From the human T2T-CHM13v2.0 reference genome, Homo sapiens: a stretch of DNA of 64,000 bases. Shown here one piece after another: positions 42,791 to 59,829 of the stretch. A program made the translations under genes and the position numbers. The first letter of the stretch is position 1, and each line of letters opens with the position of its first letter. The stretch covers positions 20,576,001 through 20,640,000 of the forward strand of contig CP086569.2 of NCBI GenBank assembly GCA_009914755.4, read 5' to 3'. A model generated the notes under the pieces. That model was given only the letters and a program-made list of their open reading frames with translations. It had not been told where the DNA came from and made no database searches.

Positions 42791-43499
42791 AGAGTTTCTA
42801 CAAATACATGATTTAACATTGTCATGCACCACATGACATTTCAATGACAAATCACATGTATGATAGTGGGCCTGTAAGATTATAACAGTACTGAAACATT
42901 CCTATCACCTGCTGACATCGTAGCAGTTGTAAAGTAGCAACACATTCCTCATGTGTCTGTGGTGATGCTGATATAAACAACCCAATGCACTGTCCATCAT
43001 GTAAGAATCTGTCTAGCACATGCATCACATAATACCTGATAACAAACAGCCATATACTGGTTAATGCTTGACACCACATTTTTCTAAACTATTATTTTAG
43101 AATATACTCCTACTATAAACAAAAGTTAACTGTCAGGCAGCCTCAAAAGTATTTCAGGAAGTATTCCAGGAAGTGGCATGGTTATCTTAACAGATCCCTT
43201 TCTACGTGTGTCAGTGCCCTGAAGACCTTCCACTAAAATAAGATATAGATGGGGGAAGATGGTAACATTCAGAATCTGACTCTGTGTAGGCCTAGGCCAA
43301 TGTGTGTCTTTACATCTTAGATTTTAACAAAAATGTTTAAAATGGAAAACAAACTTAAAAATTGTTTACACAGAAAAGTTTACAGAATGACAATATGAGG
43401 AAAGAAAATATTTTTGTACAACTCTATGATGCATTTGTGTTTTAAGCTAACCATTATTAGAAAAGAGTAAAACATTCAAATAGAAATTAAATGTTTACA

Positions 43500-44865
43500 A
43501 AAACAGTTTACAAAAACAGACTCATAGACCAATGAAACATGATAGAAAGCCCAGAAATGAGGATGCGTACCTACAACCATCTGATCTTTGACAAAGCTGA
43601 CAAAAACAAGCAATGGGGAAAGGACTCCCTAATTAGTATATCCTGTTGAGAAATCTGGCTGAGCCATATGCAGAAAACTGAAACAGGACCCCTGCCATGT
43701 ACCTTATACAAACATCAGTTCAAGATGGATTAAAGACATAAATTTAAAACCTGAAACCATAAATGCCCTGGAAGACAACTGGACACAGGCATGGGCAAAG
43801 ATTTCACAATGGAGACGCCAAAAGCAACTGCGGCAAAAGCAAAAATTGACACGAGTCCTAATTAAAGAGCTCCTGTACAAAGAAACTGTCTACACACAGG
43901 GTAAACAGACAACCTACAGAATGGGAGAAAGCTTCTGCAAATTATACATCTGACAAGGGTCTAATATCCAGCATCTATAAAGGAACCTAATCAAATTTAC
44001 AAGAAGAAAACAACCCCATTACAAAGTGGGCAAAGGACATAAACAGACACTTTTCAAACGGAGACATACATGCAGCCAACAGATATATGAAAAAAAGCTC
44101 AGCATCAGTGATCATTAGAGAAATGCAAAACAAAACCACAGTGAGGTACCACCTGATAACACCTGTCAGAATGGCAATTATGAAAGTCAGGAAATAGCAG
44201 GTGTTGGTGAGGTGGCGGAGAAAAAGTAACTGCTATACAGGGTTGGCGGGAGTGTAAAATTAGTTCAACCATTGTGGAAGACAGTGTGGCAATTCCTCAA
44301 AGATCTAGAGGCAGAAATACCGTTTGACCCAGCTAACCCATTACTGGGTATATACCCAAAGGTATATAAATTGTTCTATCATGAAGACATATGCACGTGT
44401 TATGTTCACTGTAGCACCATTCACAAAAGCAAAGACATGAAATCAACCTAAATGACCATTAATGATAGACTGGATAAAGAAAAACTGGTACATATACACC
44501 ATGGAATTACAATGCAGATATTACAAGAACAGGATCATGCCCTTTGAAGAAACATGGATGGAGCTGGAGGCCATTATCCTTAGCAAACTAACACAGGAAG
44601 AGAAAATCAAATACCACATGTTCTCACTAATATGTGTAAGATAAATGATGAGAACACATGGACGCACGCATAGAGGGAACAGCACATACTGGGGACTATC
44701 ACCGAGTAGAAGGTGGGAGGAGAGAGAGGATCAGGAGAAATAACTAAGGGGTACTGAATGTAATACCTGGGTGATAAAACCCCTATGTACATGGGGTTAA
44801 CAAACCCCCATGACACAAATGTACCTATATAACAAACCTGCACATGTACCCTGAAAAAAAGTTTT
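43500..44865 (+). mobile_element. L1 ORF2 C-terminus and 3' end fragment (plus; antisense to KDM5D)
   Basis: ORF 44462..44644 (MIDWIKKNWYIYTMELQ...) and C-terminal ORF2 motifs upstream; L1 3' end at 44800-44865. Confidence 0.75.
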
Positions 44866-45689
44866 AAAAATTTACAGTAGCTGAGGCTAATTTACTATCT
44901 CTTTTTAAGATACCGTTATATAAATTTAACAAAGCCAAAGTGTAAAGCGTTTATTAGGTCTACAGTAGTGTACAGTCATGTCCAAGGTCTTCACATTCTC
45001 TTACCAGTCGGTTCCTCACCCAGAGAAACTTCCTGTCTTGCAAGTTTCATTCATGGTAAGTGCCCCATATTTTATGTCTTCCACAATTCTTTTATTGTAG
45101 TAATTCTACATTTGCGTATTTTGATACACAAATACTCACCAGTGTTACAACTGACAACAATATTCAGTACAGTATCACGCTGTGCAGGTTTGCAGGCTAG
45201 GAACAACAGGCTCTATCACACAGCCTAGGTGTGTAGGAGGTCACAGCATCCAGGTTTATGTAAGTAGACGGTGCGTATGCAGCAATGACAAAACCGCCTA
45301 ATGACGCTTTTCTCCTAACACATCTCCATCATTAAGTGATGCCTGACTGTACATAATCACTTACTTTTCAATCTAAAAACTATATGTATCTATTGTCTTA
45401 CACATTTGGAAACTAACAGTTAAATAAATTTCTAGGATTATTTTAACCTCTGAAGTTTTACCTAACTACACAGCCAAAAGTAAAGTTTGTGGAAATTCCG
45501 ATGTCTGCATAACGCTATGAGATTTCCTAAGAAGTAGGAAAAAACTGCAATTTTGCTAGTATATATTTATATCTTATTGCCACATTATTTTGTTAGAAAC
45601 TTTAGTTCAGTAATTTCTAGTTTCTATTATACTGCTTTTTGTCCATGTGTTATCTACTCTTTCTCAGTAAAATCTGAGTCTGTGCTTCT

Positions 45690-45833
<144 letters not shown>

Positions 45834-45901
45834 TAGTCTATCCATTTTTGTTATTCATTTTCACACACTGACACCCTTCTTTGCCTTCTCCTCTCACGTA
45901 C

Positions 45902-46049
45902 CTGGCCACCTGACCACTGACCAGCCCCAGGACTTGAGCAATACAAGCCTCCACCTCACTCAGGCAGTTCTTCAGTCGCTGAAGCAGCTCACTATTAGGA
46001 AACCTCCTCTCACGAGCCTCAGACTCCAGTGCCCTTAGCTCTTCAAAGC
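45902..46049 (-). CDS. KDM5D: KDM5D exon ([49 protein letters not shown]+R)
   Basis: Acceptor ctctccag|GC (phase 1), donor GCCAG|gtacgt; 148 nt. Confidence 0.85.
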
Positions 46050-46159
46050 CTGGAGAGTGTAAGTTGCAACAGGTAGGCAGTGTTAGCAGAAAAGGAAGGT
46101 TGAGAATACCCAAAAGAAAGAAATAAGGCTTACACAAGGGTTCCTTCCATTTCCTGTCA

Positions 46160-46587
<428 letters not shown>

Positions 46588-46798
46588 CTAGGAGTAGGGT
46601 TGTGGACACCCCACCTCAGCCAACACTGAGCCCTGATGTGGACTCAACCTTGTAAGGAAAGCTGTAGAGAAATTGGAAGAAAAAATATAAACACATACAG
46701 ACTCTGTCTTTACATTTCAAAATGCATGACTTAAAGATCAGGCACACAGTGGTTACTCAATGTTGGTCTGTGTCTCTGTAACGTAATATATGTGACTA

Positions 46799-47265
<467 letters not shown>

Positions 47266-48489
47266 CTAAAAAGGAGAAAAAAGCAGAAAGAGGTGTGGGT
47301 CAGAACTAATGGGCCAGATGTGAACTCAAAGATGTCTCTAGATGCTGTAACAGATGTAGGAAGAGTGGAAAGGCTCTATCTTCAAGTACGTGTCCTAAAA
47401 GAAAAATGAGATTGTGAATTTAAAAGTGGTATTCATAGAAAAGTACTCAAAATATGTGTAATTCAAAAAACAAATATAGAGGGGTCCACGAACAAGTGAA
47501 AAGACTCTTTGCTTCTATAATCAAAGAAATGCAAATTTTTAAAGTCATAGAATTAAGTCACCAAAAATGATGAAGTTGGAAACTCCACAACTTTGTCCCT
47601 CTACTCAAACAATGATCTAGTGCTGAAATGTTCAGAGCAGTGCAATAAAATAAAATAAAATAAAAAACCCAAATCAGGAGAACACTTAATGGATTTTTAA
47701 AAGCTTTTACATTGTGGTACAAGAGTGCTATAATGCACTAAGTTCCCTGCATACACACACTTGCCCCAATTCCTATGTAAGCAGCTACTGTGGGAAAGCA
47801 ACCTGAGATGCTGGTGCAGCTGATTGGTGCCAGGAACCATGATGTGAACCTTTTTCCCGAAGAACTAAGGTGGTGTGTTTTGACTTGTCTGGTGGCTTCC
47901 TGGAGGACTACCTCAAGGGCCTGATTTTCTTTCACCTGCCTGACAGTTCGCTTAGAAGACAGGAGACTTCCCAGGCTGTGTTTTTGGAAAGTATAAAAAA
48001 GCAAACGTATTAGTCACAGCCACCTCCAGCTTTAAAATGGGGTGGTGGGGGTGGGGAGGAGAGAGAGAGAGAGAAAGAGAGAGACTAGAAAAACAACAGA
48101 TAATTTTAAGTGCCTGGGAGGCAAATCCTAGAGAAAGAGATATTTTGGGAAAAAGGGATTCTAAAAAAGCTTCCACGTAGTATTTGAGAACTGAGAAAGC
48201 CACATTAAACATCCAGGGCAAGATACATGCTCAGAAAAGATCTAAGACCCTAACGTCACCTCTATCTGACTTTCATGCTCTTCCGAAGCAGAAGGTGGAG
48301 TCTAAAATAGTTTTTAAAGTAGCCCCGAAAAAGTTTCACCAATCAGACACAATCTGCAAAGACTGGGTAGTTAATACTATTATTAGTTATTATCATTATT
48401 GTTTTGGCTTAAGAAAGAGTTTGTTAGGTTGGTAGATGACCAACAGGCTAACAGAAAGCAGAAAAAGAACATAAAACTAAAAGATTACT

Positions 48490-49260
48490 CACGTATACAA
48501 AGAATTGCTCACTATCTTTAGTTGTTAGGAAAATGCAAATCAAAACCACAAGATACTATTTCTTGCCACACAAGATACTATTTCTTGCCATACAAAAAGA
48601 GGTAGAAAATAACAGTGTTGGCAAGAATGCAGACATATTAGAACCCTTGAGCATGGCTGGTAAGAATGCAAAATGGCTATGACACTGCTATGGAAAGCAG
48701 TAAGTTCCTCAAAAAGTTGAAACAGAGAACTACCATATGACTGTCCAATACCACTTCTGGGTATATACCCAAAACTCTGAAAGGAAGAACTTGAACAAAT
48801 ATTTGCACACAGATGTTCACAGTAGAAATATTCACAATAGCTTAGTGGTGGAAACAACACAAATGTGCTTTAACAGACCCATGGATAAGTAGAATGTGAT
48901 CTGTCCATACAATGCAATATTATTCAGCCATGGAAAAGGAATAAAACTCTGACTCATGCCATAGCACAGATGAACTTTGAGAAGTCAGATACAAAAGATC
49001 ACATATTGTATGATTCCATTTATAAGAAATACGCAGAATAAATTCATAGAAACAGAAAGTAAACCTGTGGTCCAAGGTTAGAAGCAGGGATGAATGAGAA
49101 ATAAATTGTATTGAGACTTTTCTGGAGAAATTAAAATGTTTTAGAATTAAGTAGACACGGTGGTTGCACAACACTGTGAATGTACTAAATGAGACCAAAC
49201 TGTTCGGTTTAAGATGGTTCGTTTTGTGTTATGTGAATTTCACCTTTAAAACATATCCCC
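48490..49260 (+). mobile_element. Ancient L1 (L1M) ORF2 C-terminus and 3' UTR fragment (plus)
   Basis: ggaaaatgcaaatcaaaaccacaagatac..., L1M-type tail ...ctaaatgagaccaaactgttcggtttaagatggttc...; includes a 22-bp tandem duplicate at 48540-48590. Confidence 0.65.
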
Positions 49261-49434
49261 CAAAAAAACCAGTTCAGAAAATTTACTAACCAAACAACAA
49301 CTATTGTACATAAAAGCAACAACAAATTTTTTGAGAGAAGACAAGGGGGATAATACGATTTTCAGAGTTGAAGCAATACTCTGAAAAGTGTTCAGTTTAA
49401 AACATTAGTAGGCATACAAAGAAAAGAAGTATAG

Positions 49435-49793
<359 letters not shown>

Positions 49794-49859
49794 TTACTAA
49801 AGTCTATCAACTCTCAAACAGGCTTAAATGCCTTAAGAAGCAACACACAAAGGACTAAT

Positions 49860-50730
49860 GGGTATCAGGAGAATAATGTCCCTCCAAATAAGAGTTTCAA
49901 GAAAGGCACTAAAATTACAAAAATGAAACAAGTCAAAATTCTGAAGCTCTCAGTCCCATAGCAGAAGTGAAAAACTCACAAGATGGTTTCAACAGGAGCT
50001 TTGAGCAGGCAGAAGAAAGAATCAGAAAACTCTAAGACATGTCAATTGAAATAAATCAGCAGGGGGTAAAAAGAGAAGAATATTAATCAGATCCTAAGAG
50101 ACCTGTGTAACACCATCAAGTGCACCCATATATGCAGAATGGGAATTTCGTAAGAAAAGAGAAGGAAAAAGGCAGAACAGTTGAAGCAAAAATGGTTAAA
50201 CAATTTCCAAATTTGTGGAAAGCCCTGAAAGTCTACAACCAAGAAGCTCAGTGCACTCCAACTAGATAAACTCCAGGAGACACAACATAGTCGAACCAAC
50301 AAAAGGTAAGACACCAAGATGGAGTTTGAAAGCAGTATGACAGACATGATTCTTCGCATATAATGGATGCTTAATAGAATTATCAATAGATTTCTCATTA
50401 GAAATAACGGAGGCCAGAAGCCAGTTGGATGACACGTTAAAAGTCATGCAATGGGAAAAAAAATTAAATAAATTGACAGAGAATTAAAAATTGTGGAAGT
50501 ATGTCTCCAGAAGATGTGCCTACAGGGAAAACAGAAGGACTCCTTCAGGCTGACATGAAAGGATATTACTGAGTAGTTCAGAGCTACATAAAGAAAGTAA
50601 TACCCCTGAGAAAGGCAACTATAAAAAAAATATAAAAGTTAGTATTACATATACAGCACGAGAGACAAAAAAAATATAGTTAGTTCAGAACTAGAATCAG
50701 AAAGCAAGACAAATGGTGTTAATTAGATTG
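49860..50730 (+). mobile_element. Ancient L1 ORF1-region fragment (plus)
   Basis: Translation resembles L1M ORF1 (…FPNLWKALKVYNQEAQCTPTR…SRTNKR*DTKMEFESSMTDMILRI…). Confidence 0.5.
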
Positions 50731-51421
50731 CTTGATGAGCTCATTATCATCAATATATTTTTCTTGTGAGACGAGGAATACTAGGAAAAAAAAGGTACAA
50801 GTTAGAATTCATAAAATGTATAAAATGTCAGGAAACGAAGAGGGCCTTTGGAGACATGAAGCACATTTTGTTGAGATGAAAAAACTGAGGAAGATGGCCA
50901 GGAAAGTTATAAAAGCTTATAAAGCGGTTAACTCAAAGCTTACAGAATTTCAAAGGAGAAAAGGCATAGCATGTAACAAGACAGTGACCCAGTCCATGTA
51001 CCACATACACATTGCTAGCTTATTCTTTAGCAAAATGAGCTGATACAATCCACTCCTAGAAATACTCAAAAGTCTGAAACCAGTCCCTCCTGGGTTTTGC
51101 AAAGTAAGAATTATATTCAGAAATATTAAGAGAAAACCAATCCTAGACTAGAAGGCAGATAAAAAGGCCAGGATCCAAGTTTTAATTTCTATTCTGTTAA
51201 GTAATTATCTAATCTCTCTTTTACTTGTTCTCTTAAGTGTCCCAGCTAACGGTACTGATCTGCAACTTGAAGTCAGCAAGGGAAGGCAAAGAGGTGTGAT
51301 GCTAAGCCTAATCTCCATAGCAAAATGGATATGGTTTTATTTCTTCCAAAACTAAGTTCTTTCTCATTCCCTTCTCACCCCAGGGAAGAAAATTAAAATT
51401 GTTTTGATCCTTGGTACTTAC

Positions 51422-51584
51422 TGGCACACCATGGGACATCAAAGTGTTGGGATTCATGAGAGTGACAAGCTGGTGTAGGAGATCAGGCTGGCTATCAAAC
51501 AGCTCAGGTGTCAGCATCTTCATCACCTCCTCCAAATGCTCTGCTGCCAGGGAGGGTACACCATACCAGGTCTTCGGCTCACCC
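51422..51584 (-). CDS. KDM5D: KDM5D JmjC exon ([55 protein letters not shown])
   Basis: Acceptor ctacgtgagcag|G (phase 2), donor CCA|gtaagt; 163 nt. Confidence 0.9.
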
Positions 51585-51678
51585 CTGCTCACGTAGACAG
51601 AAGACACGTCAAGTCTATATACATCGTTGCATATGAGGGCAGTCTTGATATCCAACTGAGCCATTGGGGTCATGCTCA

Positions 51679-51984
<306 letters not shown>

Positions 51985-52149
51985 TCACAAGAGGTCCATA
52001 TTGTAAACTCAAAAATAATGCCCTGTTTTGCCACTGTCAACTAACACAGTGCCGGAGGTCCCAGCCAGAGCAATGAGGCAGGAAAAGAAATTAAAAAAAC
52101 ATTCAAATTGGAAAAGAGAAAGTTATGTTATCCCTGTTTGAAGATTTAT

Positions 52150-54215
<2,066 letters not shown>

Positions 54216-54239
54216 AAATTAACTTGGAATGAACCAAAG

Positions 54240-54905
54240 ATTTATTTAAACATAAAACCTCAAACTACAGTAATCCTAGGGAAACAGTCTTCTCGACAGT
54301 GGCCTTGGCAAATAATTTTTGGCTAAGCCCCCAAGAGGAAATGCAACAAAAATAGGTAAGTGGGACCTAATTAAGTGAAAGAGCTTCCCACAGCAAAAGA
54401 AACTGTCAACAGAATAAACAACCTATAGAATGGAGAAGATATTTGCTATACATCTGATAAAATCCTGACATTCACAATCTACAGCAAACTTATACAAATC
54501 AACAAACAAAAAACAATCACTCCATTAAAAATGGGCAAAGGACATCAGTAGACACTCCTCTTAAAAATATATACAAGTGGCCAACAAGCATATAAAAAGA
54601 TCATGTCCTTTGCTAAGACATGGATGGAGCTGGAGGCCATTATTCTTAGCAAAATAACACAGGAACAGAAAACCAAACACTGCATGTTCTCTCTTATGAG
54701 TAGGGGCTAAATGATGAGAGAATACACAGACACATAAGGGACTTTTGGAGTTTGGAGGGTGGGGGGAGAGACACGATCAGGAAAAATAACTAATGGGTAC
54801 TAGGCTTAATACCTGGGTGATAAAATAACCTGTACAACAAATCCCCATGACACAAGTTTACCTATGTAATAAAACTACACTTGTACCCCTGAACTTAAAA
54901 TAAAA
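54240..54905 (+). mobile_element. L1 3'-end fragment (plus), internally deleted
   Basis: ORF2 C-terminal motifs ([14 protein letters not shown], KMGKGHQ*TLLLKI) and the L1 3' end ...acctatgtaataaaactacacttgtacccctgaacttaaaataaaagc. Confidence 0.6.
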
Positions 54906-57270
54906 GCTTATCCACAATGATCAAGTCAGCTTCATCCCTGGGATACAAGACTGGTTCAACATACACAAATCAATAAACACAATCCATCACGTAAGCAGAA
55001 CCAATGACAAAAACCACATGATTATCTCAATAGATTCAGAAAAGGCCTTCAACAAAATTCAATAGTCCTTCCTGCTAAAAACTCTCAATAAATTAGGTAT
55101 TGATGGAACATTATCTCAAAATAATAACAGCTATTTATGACAAACCCACAGCCAATGTCATACTGAATGGGCAAAAACTGGAAGCATTCCTTCTGAAAAC
55201 TGGCATAAGACAAGGATGCCCTCTCTCACTACTCTTATTCAACACAGTATTGGAAGTTCTGGCCAGGGCAATCAAGCAAGAGAAAGAAATAAACAATATT
55301 CAATTAGGAAAAGAGGAAGTCAAATTGTCTCTGTTTGCAGATGACATGGTTATATATTTAGAAAACCCCATCGTCTCAGCCCAAAATCTCCTTAAGCTGA
55401 TAAGCAACTTTATCAGGATACAAAATCAATGTGCCAAAATCACAAGCATCCCTATACACCAATAACAGACAAAGAGAGAGTCAAATCATGAGTGAACTCC
55501 CATTCACTATTGCTACAAAGATAATAAAATACCTAAGAATACAACTTACAAGGGATATGAAAGACCTACTCAAGGAGGACTACAAAGCACTGCTCAAGGA
55601 AATCAGAGAGGACACAAACAAATGGAGAAACATTCCATGCTCATGAATAGGAAGAATCAATATCGTGAAAATGGCCATACTGCCCAAAGTAACTTACAGA
55701 TTCAATGCTATACCCATCAAGCTACCACTGACTTTCTTCACAAAACTGGAACAAACTACTTTCAATTTCATACAGAATGAAAAAAGAGCCTGCATAGCCA
55801 AGAGACAATCCAAAGCCAAAAGAACAAAGCTGGAGACATCAAGCTACCTGACTTCAAACTATAGTACAAGGCAACAGCAAGAAAAACAGCATGGTACTGG
55901 TACCAAAACAGATATACAGACCAACTGAACAGAAGAGAGGCCTCAGAAATAACACCACCCATCAACAACCATCTGATATTTAATACACCTGACACAAACA
56001 AGCAATGGGCTTAATAAATGGTGTTGGGAAAACTGGCTAGCCATATGCAGAAAGCTAAAACTTGATCCCTTCCTTACACCTTATACAAAAATTAACTCAA
56101 GATGGTTTAAAGAATTAAACATGAGACCTAAAACCATAAAAACCCTAGAAGAAAACCTAGGCAATACCATTCAGGACATAGGCATGGACAAAGACTTCAT
56201 GTCTAAAACACCAAAAGCAATGTCAACAAAAGCCAAAATTAACAAATGGGATCTAATTAAACTAAAGAGTTTGTGCACAGCAAAAGAAACTATCATCAGG
56301 GTGACAGGCCAGGAACCTACAGAATGGGAGAAAATTTTTGTTATCTATCCATCCGATAAAGGGCTAATATCAAGAATCTACAAAGAACTTAAACAACTTT
56401 ACAAGAATAAAAAAAAAAACATGAAAAAGTGACCGAAAGATATGAACAGACACTTCTCAAAAGAAGACATTTATGCAGCCAACAAATATATTTCAAAAGA
56501 GCTCATCATCACTGGTCATTAGGGAAATGCAAATCAAAACCACAATGAAATACCATCTTACGGCAGTTAGAATGGCAATCATTAAAAAGTCAGGAAACAA
56601 CAGATGCTGGAGAGGATGTGGACAAACAACACTTTTACAATATTGGTGGGAGTATAAATTAGTTCAACCATTGTGGAAGACAATGTGGCGATTCCTCAAG
56701 GATCTAGAACTAGAAATACCATTTGACCCAGCAATCCCATTACTGGGTATACACCCAGAGGATTATAAATCATTCTACTATAAAGACACATGCAAATGTA
56801 TGTTTAATGCAGCACTGTTCACAATAGCAAAGACTTGGAACCAACCCAAATGTCCATCAATGATAGACTGGATTAAAAAAATGTTGCACATATACACCAT
56901 GGAATACTTTGCAATCATAAAAAAGGATGAGTTCATGACCTTTGCAGGGACATGGATGAAGCTGGTAATAGCATTCTCAGCAAACTAACACAAGAACAGA
57001 AGAACAAACACCGTATGTGCTCACTCCTAAGTGGGAGTTAAACAATGAGAACACATAGACACAGGGCAGGGAACATCTGTCTGTCAGGGCTGGGGGGCCT
57101 GTCAGGGCTGGGGGACTAGGGGAGGGACAGCATTAGGGAAAATACCTAAGGTAGGTAGATCACAGATTGATGAGTGCAGCAAACCACCATGGCACATGCA
57201 TACCTATGTAACAAACCTGCACATTCTGCACATGCACCCAGAACTTAATGTATAATTAAAAAATAAATAA
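54906..57270 (+). mobile_element. L1PA-type 5'-truncated element (plus), RT domain to 3' end
   Basis: ORFs 55100..55465 (RT: ...[27 protein letters not shown]...[12 protein letters not shown]), 56121..56432 and 56473..56988 (ORF2 C-terminus ...[35 protein letters not shown]); 3' UTR ends about 57270 with an (AAAT)n tail. Confidence 0.85.
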
Positions 57271-58904
57271 ATAAACTACAGAATAATAGGAGAATTTTTG
57301 GTCAAATAAAAGGCCATATTATATTTCTTTTGATAAAAGTATCATGTGTTCAGTATGTTTTATTATTTGAAATAATTAACATGACAGGAATATATTTGAA
57401 AAAAATTCCAAAAAAAGCTAAATATACAAACTAAGAAAATTATATGATTATACTTATCTGCAGTATTGTAAAACAATAGTTCCAAAAACTTCTGAATTAC
57501 AAGTTTAATACATACAACTTCAATTTTCAACTACATTGTGGTTAGACGTTCAGAGGAATCACAAAGGACCTCAACATGCTAGATAAGAAAATGTATTTTT
57601 TAAATGTTTTGGCTCAGCTGCTTAGAAAATAAGGAAAATCCTCAGAGAATAACACTAAGAAATAACATGTACAAATTAAAGTTCTGAAACTGATGACAAT
57701 TCGGGTCAACCATAAAAGAGAAAATTTGGAGCTTCCAAAGAAGGTCATATTAGGGTCTTTAACTTACAACGTGACAGTACTATTATCCTTTTAGCTATAA
57801 AACTGAAGGAGGTGAAAAACATCCTGAAGAAACAGATATTAAATACTTTCCTTATCTTGGTACTGTTTCCACAAGAAGAAAAGGAAAGATACTCCTAAGA
57901 GTTCTTATCTATCAGCCATCCACACAAGAATTCATATTTACTTGAAAACACAACTATTCACATTTACTTGGAAATGTGAAGCTAAAAATTTTTTATCGTC
58001 TTAAGGGAATCCTTAACATTAAACAGAAACAGTCTATTCTGTAGCTGGACATTAAAATCTAGGTTTCTGAAAAAATTCCCATACATGTTGTTCAAAGAAA
58101 TACAAGTTCATCAGAAAACAAAAACAACAGCAACGAAAAACACTAATTAAATCAAAGCCATAAAATATGGAGCGGGGGTTGTAAAATGAGTAAAAATTTG
58201 TTGAGAAAACATCAAGCTATAATTAGTTCTCAGAATATGCTATAATAACTAGGTGTTGAAGATAAAATCAGTTTAATTTAAATAAGAGGATAAAAGAAGT
58301 ATGAGCAGAAAAAGGTTTTCAATATTAACTAGGAAAGTCTGAAAAATAATCAGAAATTCTAAAGATAAAAACATAACATTAAAAATTATAAACTAAGTTG
58401 TTTAATAGATTAGGTATTTTAAAAACTGGTGCATTTTTAAGTTGCTTTAAGTAAGTTACTTAAAAGACAACAGCAGCAAAAGAATTAAAAAAAAATGAAA
58501 GGTGAAGAAACACATACAAGAGAACCTTAGAACAGTAAGGTTCTAGCTAACAGGAGAAATAAATTACAGACTGTAAAAGTTGATGACCAAGAATTTTTCA
58601 GAAGTGGTAAAAGCTGAATTCTCAAGTTTGAGAATTCCTATCTATTCCCAGAAATATTAAGTAAAAAGTCACATTCCACACATCAAGAAAACTTGCAAGA
58701 CACTAAAAGAGATATTATAGCAGTCAAATAGAAAAAGCAAAATAGACTACTACAAATTAATGTAAGATTCAGAATTGACTTGTCAAAAGCCAAAACAGAT
58801 TTCTAATGTACTGTGAAAAGACAATTATCAAACCACATCCGTATATATACAGAGAAATACCTTTATAAGAATAAAAATTCACAAATGCCTCTGTTCAATA
58901 AATG

Positions 58905-59207
58905 TCTTTTTTTCTTTTTTCTTTTCTGGGCAGAGATTCACGCTGTCACCCAGGCTGGACTGCAATGGTGCGATCTCGGCTCACTGCAAGCTCTGCCTCC
59001 CAAGTTCATGCCACTCTTCCACCTCAGCCTCCCTAACAGCTGTGACTACAGGTGCCCGCCACCACGCCTGGCTAATTTTTTGTATTTTTAATAGAGACAT
59101 GGTTTCACTGTGTTAGCCAGGATGGTCTTGATTTCCTGACCTCGTGATCCACCTGCCTCGGCCTCCCAAAGTGCTGAGATTACAGGCGTGAGCCACTGCG
59201 CCTGGGC
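58905..59207 (-). mobile_element. Alu (minus) in KDM5D intron
   Basis: T-rich tail followed by gcagagattcacgctgtcacccaggctggactgcaatggtgcgatctcggctcactgcaagctctgcctccc...gcctcccaaagtgctgagattacaggcgtgagccactgcgcctgggc. Confidence 0.85.
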
Positions 59208-59460
59208 TTTTTAAGAAATTTCTAAAGAATTTACTTCAGCAACAAAGAAAATGGTTGCAAGAATTTCAAATAATCAAAAGAAAAAATCATGTGTGGATAA
59301 ATCTATATGCAGTATAAAAACAAAAACAGCATCCATTTTGTTGAGCAAAAAGCTTTAAAAACATGCACAAAAATTTTATAGGTCAGAAGAGAACTGAAGA
59401 GTAAGTTATATAGTCTAATATTACTTGGGAGAAGTAAAAAAAAAATTAAATGTTAGGTTA

Positions 59461-59829
<369 letters not shown>
